Assembly: GCA_963773945.1 (NCBI GenBank)
Contig: CAVZDD010000005.1
Location: 768,503 to 832,502 of the forward strand
Length of the DNA: 64,000 nt
Direction: 5' to 3'
DNA from: an uncultured Thermoplasmata archaeon
GTDB taxonomy: Archaea > Thermoplasmatota > Thermoplasmata > Lutacidiplasmatales > UBA184
Of the stretch, positions 36,132 through 45,334 are shown piece by piece. How positions within the stretch are numbered: the stretch's first letter is position 1; each line of letters opens with the position of its first letter. The position numbers and the translations under genes were made by a program. The notes below the pieces were generated by a model that had not been told where the DNA came from, did no database searches, and saw nothing but the letters and a program-made list of their open reading frames with translations.

Positions 36132-37361
36132 ATGGATGTCGACCGAATCCGCCAGGATTTTCCGATCCTCCAACGGACCTTTCACAGCCATCCGCTGGCC
36201 TACCTCGACTCCGCGGCCTCCTCCCAGAAACCGTCGGTCGTAATCGAAGCAGAACGGGAGTTCTATGAACACCGCAACGCCAACGTTCACCGGGGAGTCT
36301 ATAGCCTCTCCGAAGAAGCGACCGATGCCTACGAGAAGGCCCGCGAGCGGATGGCCCGTTTTCTGAACGTGCGGGACCCGGAAGAGATCGTTTTCGTTCG
36401 CGGCACTACGGAGGCCCTCAACGTCGTGGCCTCCGGGCTGGGCCAAACGCGTCTCCGGCAGGGCGGCCGTGTCGTCACTACCGTCATGGAGCATCACTCC
36501 AACATCGTCCCCTGGCACATGCTCCGGGAGCGATCCGGGGTCGACCTCCGGTTCATCGATATTGACGAAGAGGGAGGGCTCAAGCTCGATCAGTACGATT
36601 CCGCCCTCGACCGCACCGCCAAGGTCGTGACGCTCTCCCACGTCTCGAACGTCCTCGGAACCGTCAACCCCGTACGGGAGATCGCCGACCGGGCCCACGC
36701 CGCCGGGGCTCTCGTCGTCGTCGATGCGGCGCAATCCGCTCCGCATCGACCGGTCGATGTCGAAAAGCTCGGCGCCGACTTCGTGGCGTTTTCCGGCCAT
36801 AAGGCCCTCGGACCGATGGGAATCGGGGTATTGTGGGGCCGGGGCGAGCTGCTCCGGGAGCTTCCTCCCTTCATGGGCGGAGGGGAGATGATCCGTTCCG
36901 TCCACACCGACCGGGTGGATTACGCGGACCCGCCCGCCCGATTCGAAGCCGGTACCCCGAATGTCGCCGGGGCCGTGACCCTCTCCGTCGCGCTTGACTA
37001 TCTGGAACGGGTCGGTTGGGAAGAGCTGGCAGCCCACGAACGCGCCCTTCTCGAGCGGGCCGTCCGAATCGCCAGCGACCGTTTCCCGGACACGATCCGC
37101 ATCTATGGGCCTTCCATCTCTTCAGGGCATGAGTCTGTGCTCTGCTTCTCTTTGAAGGGGGTTCACCCGCACGACGTGGCATCGATCCTCGACCAGGAGG
37201 GCATAGCGATCCGCAGCGGCCATCACTGTGCGCAACCGCTCATGGAGCGCCTCGGGGTGCCGGCGCTCTGTCGCGCCAGCGTCTACCTCTACAATACGCC
37301 AGAGGAGATCGACCGGCTCTTCGGCGCCCTCGAGAAGGTCCACAAGGTCTTCGCGGTCTGA
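36132..37361 (+). CDS. sufS: cysteine desulfurase SufS
   Basis: FSGHKALGPMGIGVL PLP-lysine motif, RSGHHCAQP active-site Cys loop, and the N-terminal IRQDFPIL motif. Confidence 0.9.
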   Translation: MDVDRIRQDFPILQRTFHSHPLAYLDSAASSQKPSVVIEAEREFYEHRNANVHRGVYSLSEEATDAYEKARERMARFLNVRDPEEIVFVRGTTEALNVVASGLGQTRLRQGGRVVTTVMEHHSNIVPWHMLRERSGVDLRFIDIDEEGGLKLDQYDSALDRTAKVVTLSHVSNVLGTVNPVREIADRAHAAGALVVVDAAQSAPHRPVDVEKLGADFVAFSGHKALGPMGIGVLWGRGELLRELPPFMGGGEMIRSVHTDRVDYADPPARFEAGTPNVAGAVTLSVALDYLERVGWEELAAHERALLERAVRIASDRFPDTIRIYGPSISSGHESVLCFSLKGVHPHDVASILDQEGIAIRSGHHCAQPLMERLGVPALCRASVYLYNTPEEIDRLFGALEKVHKVFAV

Positions 37362-37457
37362 GCGACAAGGACCCACCGTCAGGGCGGCCCGGGTGTGTCG
37401 GTCCCGGCACTACGCCGCATTTAAATACCGACAGGTGATGGAATTACTGGAGTCGTT

Positions 37458-38870
37458 ATGGCGCAATCTGTTGCCCAGTTCCAGCCCTTGGATTACACGC
37501 GGTACGACTTCAAGAATCCGGAGACGTACAAGGTTCGGACCGCAAAGGGCCTTTCCCGCGAGATCGTCGAGCAGATCTCGAAGATCAAGGAAGAGCCTCA
37601 GTGGATGCTAGACTATCGACTTCGGGCCTACGAGACGTTCGTCGAGAAGCCCATGCCGGACTGGGGGCCGGACCTCTCGGACATCGATTTCGAGGCGTAC
37701 ACGTACTACGCGAACCCGCTCGCCGAGGGGGACACGAAGAAGAGCTGGGACGACCTTCCCGCCGACATCAAGAACACGTTCGACAAGCTCGGGATTCCCA
37801 AGGCCGAGCGCGAGTTCTTCGGCGGCGTTGGGGCCCAGTACGACTCGGGGACGGTCTACCACAAGATCCGGGCGGACCTCCAGGCAAAGGGGGTCATTTT
37901 CACCGACACCGACACCGCGGTGAAGGAGTACCCGGATATCCTGCAGAAGTACTTCGGGAAGATCGTTCCGTTCAACGACAACAAGTTCTCGGCGCTCAAC
38001 TCGGCCGTCTGGTCGGGTGGGAGCTTCGTCTACGTTCCGCCCGGTGTGGACGCCGGCATTCCGCTCCAGGCCTACTTCCGGATCAACGCGAAGAACGTCG
38101 GCCAGTTCGAGCGAACGCTGATCATCGCGGACCGTGGCGCCAAGGTCCACTACATCGAGGGTTGCACAGCGCCCGTCTACTCCACCGATTCCCTGCATGC
38201 CGCCGTCGTCGAGGTGATCGCCGAACCGTACGCCAAGGTTCGGTACACGACGGTGCAGAACTGGTCGAAGAACGTCTACAACCTGGTCACCAAGCGGGCC
38301 GTCGCCGAGGAGGGGGCGCTGGTCGAATGGGTCGACGGCAACATGGGATCCAAGGTGACGATGAAGTATCCTTCCGTCTTCCTCAAGGGGCGGGGCGCGC
38401 GGGCCGATATTCTCTCGGTCGCCTTTGCCTCGCAGGGCCAGATCATCGATTCGGGGGCGAAGGCCGTCCACCTCGCGCCGGACACCTCGAGCAAGATCAT
38501 CTCCAAGTCCATCGCAATCCGAGGCGGCCAGACCAGCTACCGGGGTCTGCTCCGCGTCGCGAAGGGCGCGAGCGGCGTGAAAGCGGCCGTCCGGTGCGAC
38601 GCCTTGCTCCCCGACGAACTGAGCCGGTCGGACACCTACCCCTACAACGAGATTCACGAAGAGGATGCGACGATCACGCACGAGGCCGTGGTCGGCAAGA
38701 TCGGCGAGGAGCAGATCTTCTACCTCATGAGCCGTGGGCTCAACGAGAACGATGCCATCCACCTGATTCTGATGGGCTTCCTCGCCGAGTTCGCGAAGGA
38801 ACTCCCGATGGACTACGCCCTCGAGCTCAACCGGCTGATCCAGCTCGAGATGACCGGCGCGGTCGGCTGA
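37458..38870 (+). CDS. sufB: Fe-S cluster assembly protein SufB
   Basis: 470 aa with the conserved SufB core. Confidence 0.9.
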   Translation: MAQSVAQFQPLDYTRYDFKNPETYKVRTAKGLSREIVEQISKIKEEPQWMLDYRLRAYETFVEKPMPDWGPDLSDIDFEAYTYYANPLAEGDTKKSWDDLPADIKNTFDKLGIPKAEREFFGGVGAQYDSGTVYHKIRADLQAKGVIFTDTDTAVKEYPDILQKYFGKIVPFNDNKFSALNSAVWSGGSFVYVPPGVDAGIPLQAYFRINAKNVGQFERTLIIADRGAKVHYIEGCTAPVYSTDSLHAAVVEVIAEPYAKVRYTTVQNWSKNVYNLVTKRAVAEEGALVEWVDGNMGSKVTMKYPSVFLKGRGARADILSVAFASQGQIIDSGAKAVHLAPDTSSKIISKSIAIRGGQTSYRGLLRVAKGASGVKAAVRCDALLPDELSRSDTYPYNEIHEEDATITHEAVVGKIGEEQIFYLMSRGLNENDAIHLILMGFLAEFAKELPMDYALELNRLIQLEMTGAVG

Positions 38871-38883
38871 GCCGCCGCCGCGT

Positions 38884-40284
38884 CTACCGCAGCTTGGTGT
38901 CGAACCGCCACTCGTTGCCGCTCTGGACGCCGAGCAGCTCGAGCGCCCCCAACGCCGGGTAGCCGCCATCGGTCCAGGCGACCTGGCGACCCTCCCATCG
39001 GGTCGTGAGGTGGGGGTACAGGAAGTCGCGGAGTCCCTCGATCGGGGCGCGGTCGAAGACGTAGGAGAGGAACCCTTCACTGATCATCCGGATGGCGGCT
39101 TGGCGGGGGATGCCCCGGGACTCCAGGTAGAAGATCCGCTCGGGGTCCACCGGCGCCACCGACGAAGAGTGGGTGGCCTTCACGTCGCGGCAGAGGATCT
39201 CGAGCACCGGAATGGTGTCCGAACGAGCGCCCTTGGAGAGGAGCATCGCGTGTTCCGAAAGATAGCTGATGGTCCGGCGGGCCTCCTTTTCCATGCGCGC
39301 CATGCCGCGGCTGACGCCGCGGGATTCGTCGCGGAATACGCCGCGCGTGATCGACTGTCCGTGGGTGTCGGTACCGACGTGCCGTATCTGGACGTAGCTG
39401 TCGTAGGCCTGCTGGTTGTCGCCGTAGAAGGACTGGAGGTCGCTCAGGTCGCCGCCGTTGCCGGTGATATCGGAATAGTTCCGGCTCCGGGTCCGGAATC
39501 CGCCGTATGCGGCGGAAACCCAGGAGAGCTGAGAGTTCGGCCCGACGGTCGCGTTCCGGGAATAGGAGGCCACCACGCGCTCATCCGGCGCGTGGACCGA
39601 AAGGTAGGCCAGCCGCGCCGTATCGCCGGTATCCGCCTGGACGAGCGACCCGTAGTATCGTTGCCCTTCAGCGGCCCCGGTGCTGTAGACCTCCTCGGAG
39701 ACGATCACCCGGGTCTGTTCGCCGGCGTGGATGCGTCGCCGGACCACGAGCGCTTCGGCCGGGCGCGAAAGCACCGTGATGTCTTGCAGACGAACGGTGG
39801 TCGGGCACCGGTCGGGCACCACGAGGTCGAGTCCCCGATTGATGAACGCGGTGCTCAGGGCCTCGAATTTGTCGGTTCGGGAGCCTTTGAGGTCAAGCCC
39901 GTGGAGAAAGGCGGTGGTCGTTTCATCCCCCGCGTGCAGGATCTCCGGCAGGGTGCGGACTCTCGCGCCGGCGCCGCGAAGCTCGGGAGACATCTCGACT
40001 CGAGAACCCGAACCGTCGTGGACGACTCGGATGACCTGCGCGGGAAGCGGCGGCAGGCCCACCGGGGAACCTCCCGAACTGGGGGAAACGCCGGTCAGGT
40101 CGGTGCCCCGGAAGTACGCGTACTTCCGGTACAACGGGTCCGGCTCGATCGGCAGCTCAAGGAAAGCTTCGAAGGCGGTCTTCCGGAGCGCCGCAAAGGC
40201 GGGCGGGTCGTTAAGCTCTTTCGAGAGCCCAGCGACCTGGGATTCCTCGAACCAACGTCCGTACGCAGGGGCGGCGGCGTCCAT
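38884..40284 (-). CDS. sufD: Fe-S cluster assembly protein SufD
   Basis: SufB/SufD beta-helix family, ~467 aa, convergent with sufB. An AT-rich TTATAAA lies upstream on the reverse strand (~40310). Confidence 0.8.
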   Translation of the reverse strand: MDAAAPAYGRWFEESQVAGLSKELNDPPAFAALRKTAFEAFLELPIEPDPLYRKYAYFRGTDLTGVSPSSGGSPVGLPPLPAQVIRVVHDGSGSRVEMSPELRGAGARVRTLPEILHAGDETTTAFLHGLDLKGSRTDKFEALSTAFINRGLDLVVPDRCPTTVRLQDITVLSRPAEALVVRRRIHAGEQTRVIVSEEVYSTGAAEGQRYYGSLVQADTGDTARLAYLSVHAPDERVVASYSRNATVGPNSQLSWVSAAYGGFRTRSRNYSDITGNGGDLSDLQSFYGDNQQAYDSYVQIRHVGTDTHGQSITRGVFRDESRGVSRGMARMEKEARRTISYLSEHAMLLSKGARSDTIPVLEILCRDVKATHSSSVAPVDPERIFYLESRGIPRQAAIRMISEGFLSYVFDRAPIEGLRDFLYPHLTTRWEGRQVAWTDGGYPALGALELLGVQSGNEWRFDTKLR

Positions 40285-40417
40285 CGAATATACGCACAAT
40301 TACGTGTTTATAACTTCAGCGGGGCGGGTCGGGGGGGAATCGATTCTTGGAGGAGATTTAGAAAAAAGGGGGAAGGGGTTAACGGGGCCAGCGGGGGGGA
40401 ACCGCCGGCCCCTGGGT

Positions 40418-41908
40418 TCAGCGTGCTACTCGCTTCGACCCGCCTCTTTCACCACAGGTTCCCGAGGGGGTCCGAGGGTTGCTGCGGGGGGGCGCGCGGG
40501 GGCGGCGCGAGTTGTCCAGCGGCTCCAGCCGGAACGCGGCCCGACGGGCTCGGGACGCGCACGGGCGGGGGGGCCCGGGGCGCCGGCCGACGGCGACCGC
40601 GAGCACGGCGACCAGAGCCACCAGGCCCACTGCCAACGCGACCAGCTCAAAGAGGGTCGTGTGGAAGAAGCCGTTCTGGTACCAGGGCACGCTCGTCGCC
40701 GCGCAGGACCCGCCGCTGACGAGGGTCGCCGCGCAGGCTTGCGCGGCGGGGACGGTCATCGGCTGGGCCTGGATGTCTCCGCCCGAGGTGGAGGTTGCCA
40801 TCGGGCTGAGGGCTGGAGTCGGGACGGCGCCTGAGACTCCAGGGGCGAACGAGGTGGCGGCCGACACGATGCGGCCGGTGCCCGAGTCGTAGTCGACAGC
40901 GCTGGTGGAAGCTTCGGGGGCAAAGCCGAGGCCTTGTCCGCCGAGCGCCTTGGGGTCGCCGCTGAAGACGTTCCCCATGTGCGGCATGATGATCACGCCA
41001 TCAAACACATCGAAGGGGCCCGAGAGCGAGAGCAACAGGACGTGGGTGTGTTCTTTGTTGTTGAGCTGCAGATCCTGGCCGTATGCACCCAGTAGGGTGA
41101 CGGTGCCGTTGGCCGAGATCGTGCCGCTGGGGTTCCCGCTCGCCTGCGCGTGGGGGCCGATGTACTCCCACGACAGCGCGTAGCTGCCCGACAGGACGAA
41201 AGCGGCCGAACTGTTCCACGTCTCACCGGTGGTCAGGGTGGTGGGGATCAATCCGAGTTCCGGGTCGAACGAGACCTGCGCCTGGGCCGATCCGGTCACG
41301 TTGAAGAACCACTCCGAAGTCAATCCGTGCGGCCCCGTCAGCGTGAGCTTGGAGTGGAGCGCGTCCTGGGTGGCGCCCGAGCCGTTCAGGAAGCCCAACG
41401 CGGGCGTCGCGATATCGTCGACGTAGACGATTCCGTCTCGCGTGAAGTTCCCGAAAGCGGTGCCCATTTCGGAGGCACTCGCCGTGTAGTTCCCGGTCCA
41501 GTTGGCTGCCTTACAGTTGGGCGTGCAGAGGTTCACGGAGAGCTCGGCGGCCGCGGTGCGCTGCGCCTCAAGCTGGAATCCGGTGTTCGTGGAGTTGTTG
41601 GTCTGAGTGACGACGACGGTCCAGCCGTAGAACGCGTGGTACTGGAGTTCGAATCCGTTCCCATTGGAGCCGGTGACAGAGATGTCGCCGGAGACCGTCT
41701 TGGAGCCGCCGTATGCCCATTGCTGGACGGCCGGATTCATCTCGGGTACGAGGGCGATCGAGGCCGCGCTCGAAGCCGCTGGCGCGGAGATTGGGGTCGC
41801 GAACAGGGGCAGCGCGAACAGCATCAGCATGCTCGCAGCCACTACGACCACCGTCGCCAGGACGGGAAGTGTTCGGGACTTGGAGGGCGCTGGGGTCTGT
41901 TCGCTCAT
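40418..41908 (-). CDS. cell-surface glycoprotein candidate (signal/TM N-terminus, C-terminal TM anchor)
   Basis: N-terminal hydrophobic LPVLATVVVVAASMLMLFAL, ~10 N-x-S/T sequons, S/T/G-rich beta-rich body, C-terminal TM LFELVALAVGLVALVAVLAV followed by a basic tail. Confidence 0.55.
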   Translation of the reverse strand: MSEQTPAPSKSRTLPVLATVVVVAASMLMLFALPLFATPISAPAASSAASIALVPEMNPAVQQWAYGGSKTVSGDISVTGSNGNGFELQYHAFYGWTVVVTQTNNSTNTGFQLEAQRTAAAELSVNLCTPNCKAANWTGNYTASASEMGTAFGNFTRDGIVYVDDIATPALGFLNGSGATQDALHSKLTLTGPHGLTSEWFFNVTGSAQAQVSFDPELGLIPTTLTTGETWNSSAAFVLSGSYALSWEYIGPHAQASGNPSGTISANGTVTLLGAYGQDLQLNNKEHTHVLLLSLSGPFDVFDGVIIMPHMGNVFSGDPKALGGQGLGFAPEASTSAVDYDSGTGRIVSAATSFAPGVSGAVPTPALSPMATSTSGGDIQAQPMTVPAAQACAATLVSGGSCAATSVPWYQNGFFHTTLFELVALAVGLVALVAVLAVAVGRRPGPPRPCASRARRAAFRLEPLDNSRRPRAPPRSNPRTPSGTCGERGGSKRVAR

Positions 41909-42045
41909 TCTTGGTCTGCTCCTGGAGCCTTCCGAGGCTGCCTGGCGAAGAAAATAACGCCGACAGGCTTACATCAAGAAATGTCCAAGGAGGGAGCGCC
42001 CGAATTGGACTCATCGTTACGGGGGAGGGCACGAGGAATGGTTCG

Positions 42046-43110
42046 ATGCGGGCATTGACGGAAGCGGAGGCCCGGCTCATCCGCGCGCTGGTCGCCGCCC
42101 CCGGGGACAGCGAGCGGGAGTTCCTCGAGGAGACCAAGCTCCCCCGTTCCACCTATCATGCCGTCCGCAAGCGCGTGTACGACGAGGGGTGGCTCCGGAT
42201 CCGGTTTCTGCCCCACCCGAGTTGCTTCGATCTTCCGCTGGTGACCATCGTCATCGGGCATCCGTTTGCCGAAAGCGCCGTGGCCTTGATGGAACGCTGG
42301 AGTCAACCCGAATCCAACGTCGTCTTGTGGGGCGGCGCCGGACTGGTGTTCGCGGTCTACCTCCATCGGTCGCGAGAGGAAGCCCGACGATTGACCGCGA
42401 GTCTCGCCGACGAGGCGATGCGACCGCGGAGCTTTTTCCTGACCACGGACACCGGAAGCGGGTCCTTGCCGGTCTACTTCGACTTCGAAGGGGTCTGGTC
42501 TCACCTGGCGGGGATCCCGGGGAGCTCGCAGTACCCCCGATCCCTATCTCCCGCTTATCCTCCGGGAAGTCACCTGCCGACCGGCCCGCCGTCGCCGGGT
42601 CTACGTCGGGCGGCCCGGAACCTCGTCTTACGCCCCATTCTGGCGGATCACGAGGGACGGTCCGGCCACTTCCTGGGACTCCTCGGACTCACCCGTCCGG
42701 AGCACCGGTTGCTCGACGACGGTTGGGTGTTCCGGCGGGTGCTACCGGATTTCCGGGTGGTCCCTCCGTACCGGGACCGGAAGGCCGACCAGGCGGTCTT
42801 CGTCCGCGGTGAGATGCTCGAGGGGAAGGATCCGAATCTGCTGCTGCGAGCGCTGACGGAGAAGTGCCGCGTGTATCCCTTCCTGCTCGCCCACGACGAA
42901 AAGAGCCTGGTCGTGGGGACCGTCGGGCAATCTGGACCCCCGGCGGCCGTTGCGCAAGAGAACCGGCCCTCCGTGATCGGGACCCTGCAGGAATACTTGC
43001 ATCGGATCGAGGTCGACTCGGAGTGGGTGTCCGGACTAACCCCCGTTGTCGACCACCGCTACGATCGGGTGTTGGGCGACGTGCCGGTCAAGACCCACCG
43101 GTCGAAGTAG
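42046..43110 (+). CDS. hypothetical protein with N-terminal HTH-like segment
   Basis: The Met at 42046 (in-frame within track ORF 41713..43110) starts the protein-like region LTEAEARLIRALVAAPGDSEREFLEETKLPRSTYHAVRKRV. Two internally similar halves. Confidence 0.5.
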   Translation: MRALTEAEARLIRALVAAPGDSEREFLEETKLPRSTYHAVRKRVYDEGWLRIRFLPHPSCFDLPLVTIVIGHPFAESAVALMERWSQPESNVVLWGGAGLVFAVYLHRSREEARRLTASLADEAMRPRSFFLTTDTGSGSLPVYFDFEGVWSHLAGIPGSSQYPRSLSPAYPPGSHLPTGPPSPGLRRAARNLVLRPILADHEGRSGHFLGLLGLTRPEHRLLDDGWVFRRVLPDFRVVPPYRDRKADQAVFVRGEMLEGKDPNLLLRALTEKCRVYPFLLAHDEKSLVVGTVGQSGPPAAVAQENRPSVIGTLQEYLHRIEVDSEWVSGLTPVVDHRYDRVLGDVPVKTHRSK

Positions 43111-43188
43111 GGCGCTCGCCCGCGCGTCGGCCGGTTCTTATAAAGCCCCTCGTGTAACATCGAGCGCGCGCGGGGGAGGGACGGTCCG

Positions 43189-43590
43189 ATGGCTTACGAC
43201 ATGTACCAGGAACGCATCCTTCAACACTATCGCGCCCCGAAGAACTTCGGCCAGCTCGACCATCCGGATTATTCCGGTGAGGAGAGCAACCCGCTGTGTG
43301 GGGACCGCATTCGGATGGAGCTAAAACTCGACCCCAGCAAGGCCAATGTCGCCGAGATCCGCTTCTCGGGGGATGGGTGCGCGATCTCCATGGCGAGTGC
43401 TTCGATGCTTACGCAGAAGCTGGCCGGGCAGCCGCTGGCCGCGGTGGAGAAGGTCACCCGGGATGACGTGCTGCAGCTCGTCGCGATCCCGCTGTCCCCG
43501 GTCCGCATCAAGTGCGCGCTCACGGGGTTCGCTGCACTCGGCCGGGCGCTCCACGGTGGTCCGCCTCCGGACGAGCCCGCCCAGGCCTGA
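43189..43590 (+). CDS. sufU: SufU/NifU-family Fe-S scaffold / sulfur-transfer protein
   Basis: ILQHYRAPKNFG...NPLCGD...GDGCAISMASASM...RIKCA: three conserved Cys of SufU/IscU. Confidence 0.8.
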   Translation: MAYDMYQERILQHYRAPKNFGQLDHPDYSGEESNPLCGDRIRMELKLDPSKANVAEIRFSGDGCAISMASASMLTQKLAGQPLAAVEKVTRDDVLQLVAIPLSPVRIKCALTGFAALGRALHGGPPPDEPAQA

Positions 43591-43593
43591 AAC

Positions 43594-43809
43594 GTGAGCG
43601 AATCGGCGACGATCCAGGTCGACGCCGGTACGTGTGTGCTCTGTGGCCTGTGCACCGGCGTCTGTCCGCCGAATGCGTTGGAGCTCTCCCCGACTCGGCT
43701 CGTCGTGTTATCGAACTGTACCGGCTGTGGATGGTGCATTCCCTACTGTCCCGTCGGGGCACTCTCCGGGGGACGAGGGACGCCTCCTCGACGAGGCCGC
43801 CGGGGCTGA
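43594..43809 (+). CDS. 2x[4Fe-4S] ferredoxin
   Basis: CVLCGLCTGVCP and CTGCGWCIPYCP cluster motifs. Confidence 0.75.
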   Translation: MSESATIQVDAGTCVLCGLCTGVCPPNALELSPTRLVVLSNCTGCGWCIPYCPVGALSGGRGTPPRRGRRG

Positions 43810-43810
43810 G

Positions 43811-45328
43811 ATGAGCGCCGTCACCCCCTCCGCACAGTCCCCCCCGGCGGATGCGCCCCGGGTCCTCCTCGTCGACCCGTATGTTTCCCGGGAAGATCCG
43901 ATGGAACGGAAGTTCGTCGAGCTCTACCCCTCCCTGGGTATTCTGACTCTCGCCGCCTGGCTCCGGAATCACGGCATCCGGACCGAGGTGACCGACCTCA
44001 CCTTCGCCCGGGACGCCGAGCCCGTGACGCACCAGATTCGAAGATTCCGCCCCCACCTGGTCGGCGTCCACACCAAGACCCTGACGATGCCGCGAGCGCT
44101 GGAGATCGCCGCGCGCGCTCACGCCGAGGGCGTCACCGTCCTCGCGGGCGGCCCCGATTCCGCGACGCGACCGGACCGATACCTCGCGGAGGGGTTCGAC
44201 GCCGTCGTCCCGAGCGAAGGGGAAGCCACGCTCGTGGAGGTCGCTTCGAGAGTCCGTGATGGACAGCCGATCGCCGGGTGCCCGGGCACGGTCGTCCATT
44301 CGGGGAACCGGACCGTCCGAGGCCCGACTCGGCCCTTTCTCCGCGACCTGGACGAGCTGCCGCTGCCCGCGTGGGACCTCATCAACATGGAGGCGTACCT
44401 CGGAGCCTGGCAGGAACGCACCGGCGAACGGCGGGCGGCGATCCTGACCTCCCGCGGCTGTCCGTTCGACTGCTCGTGGTGTTCCAAGCCGACGTTCGGT
44501 CGAACGTACCGACAGCAGTCGGTCGGCCGGGTGCTCGCGGAACTGGACGCGCTGCAATCGCAACACCGGGTCGATTACGTCCGGTTCTGCGACGACGTGT
44601 TCGGTGTCGACCGCCGGTGGCTCGAGGAACTTCTGGACCGGATGATCTCCGACGGGCCGCATCTCCGATTCGAATGTCTGGCTCGCGTGGACCTGCTGAA
44701 GCCGGACCTTCTGGACCGGATGAAGAGGGCCGGCCTCCAGCGAGTCTACCTCGGCGTGGAGTCGGGCAGCCAAAAAATGCTCGACGCCATGAACCGAGGC
44801 ACCCGTCTCGCCCAGATCGAGAAGGTCGCGGCGAGCCTGCGGGCCCACCACGTTCGCCAGTTCTGGTTCCTGATGCTGGGCTACCCGGGCGAGACGCTCG
44901 AGGACATTGAAGCGACGCTCCAACTGTTCCGCCGATTCTCCCCCGAAGAGTACTCGGTCTCGATCGCGGTGCCGGTGCCCGGCACCCGGTTCTACGACGC
45001 GGTGAAGGACCGGCTTCGAGGACGCGCGCGGACCACCAGGGGCTCCGGCGGTGTGTCGCTTCTGTATGAGGCGGCCTATCCGGAATCGATGTATCGCTGG
45101 CAGCAGGTCCGCTTTTCCTGGGAGGCCCGGCTGCGTCGCATCCGAGAGCGCTTCTCTCCGGAAGTCGCGGACCGCCTCTCGCGCGCCGTCGACGAACTCC
45201 ACCGCCGGGTCGCGAAACCGCTGCTGCTCGGCCGGAACGGTACGCAGGAAGCGACCGAACCAGATCTCGTATCCGACCCCTTGCCGATGGTGACCGACAG
45301 CCCATCGAGCGACGGGCGCTCGGTGTGA
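43811..45328 (+). CDS. B12-binding-domain radical SAM protein (class B rSAM)
   Basis: N-terminal Rossmann-like B12-binding region (RVLLVDPY...LGILTLAAWLR...), radical SAM CxxxCxxC (SRGCPFDCSWC), 505 aa. Confidence 0.85.
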   Translation: MSAVTPSAQSPPADAPRVLLVDPYVSREDPMERKFVELYPSLGILTLAAWLRNHGIRTEVTDLTFARDAEPVTHQIRRFRPHLVGVHTKTLTMPRALEIAARAHAEGVTVLAGGPDSATRPDRYLAEGFDAVVPSEGEATLVEVASRVRDGQPIAGCPGTVVHSGNRTVRGPTRPFLRDLDELPLPAWDLINMEAYLGAWQERTGERRAAILTSRGCPFDCSWCSKPTFGRTYRQQSVGRVLAELDALQSQHRVDYVRFCDDVFGVDRRWLEELLDRMISDGPHLRFECLARVDLLKPDLLDRMKRAGLQRVYLGVESGSQKMLDAMNRGTRLAQIEKVAASLRAHHVRQFWFLMLGYPGETLEDIEATLQLFRRFSPEEYSVSIAVPVPGTRFYDAVKDRLRGRARTTRGSGGVSLLYEAAYPESMYRWQQVRFSWEARLRRIRERFSPEVADRLSRAVDELHRRVAKPLLLGRNGTQEATEPDLVSDPLPMVTDSPSSDGRSV

Positions 45329-45334
45329 AATCCC

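Noticed and set aside
39010-40719. 569-aa + strand ORF antisense to sufD
   Set aside because: Low-complexity R/G/A-rich translation. sufD on the reverse strand has the conserved domain.
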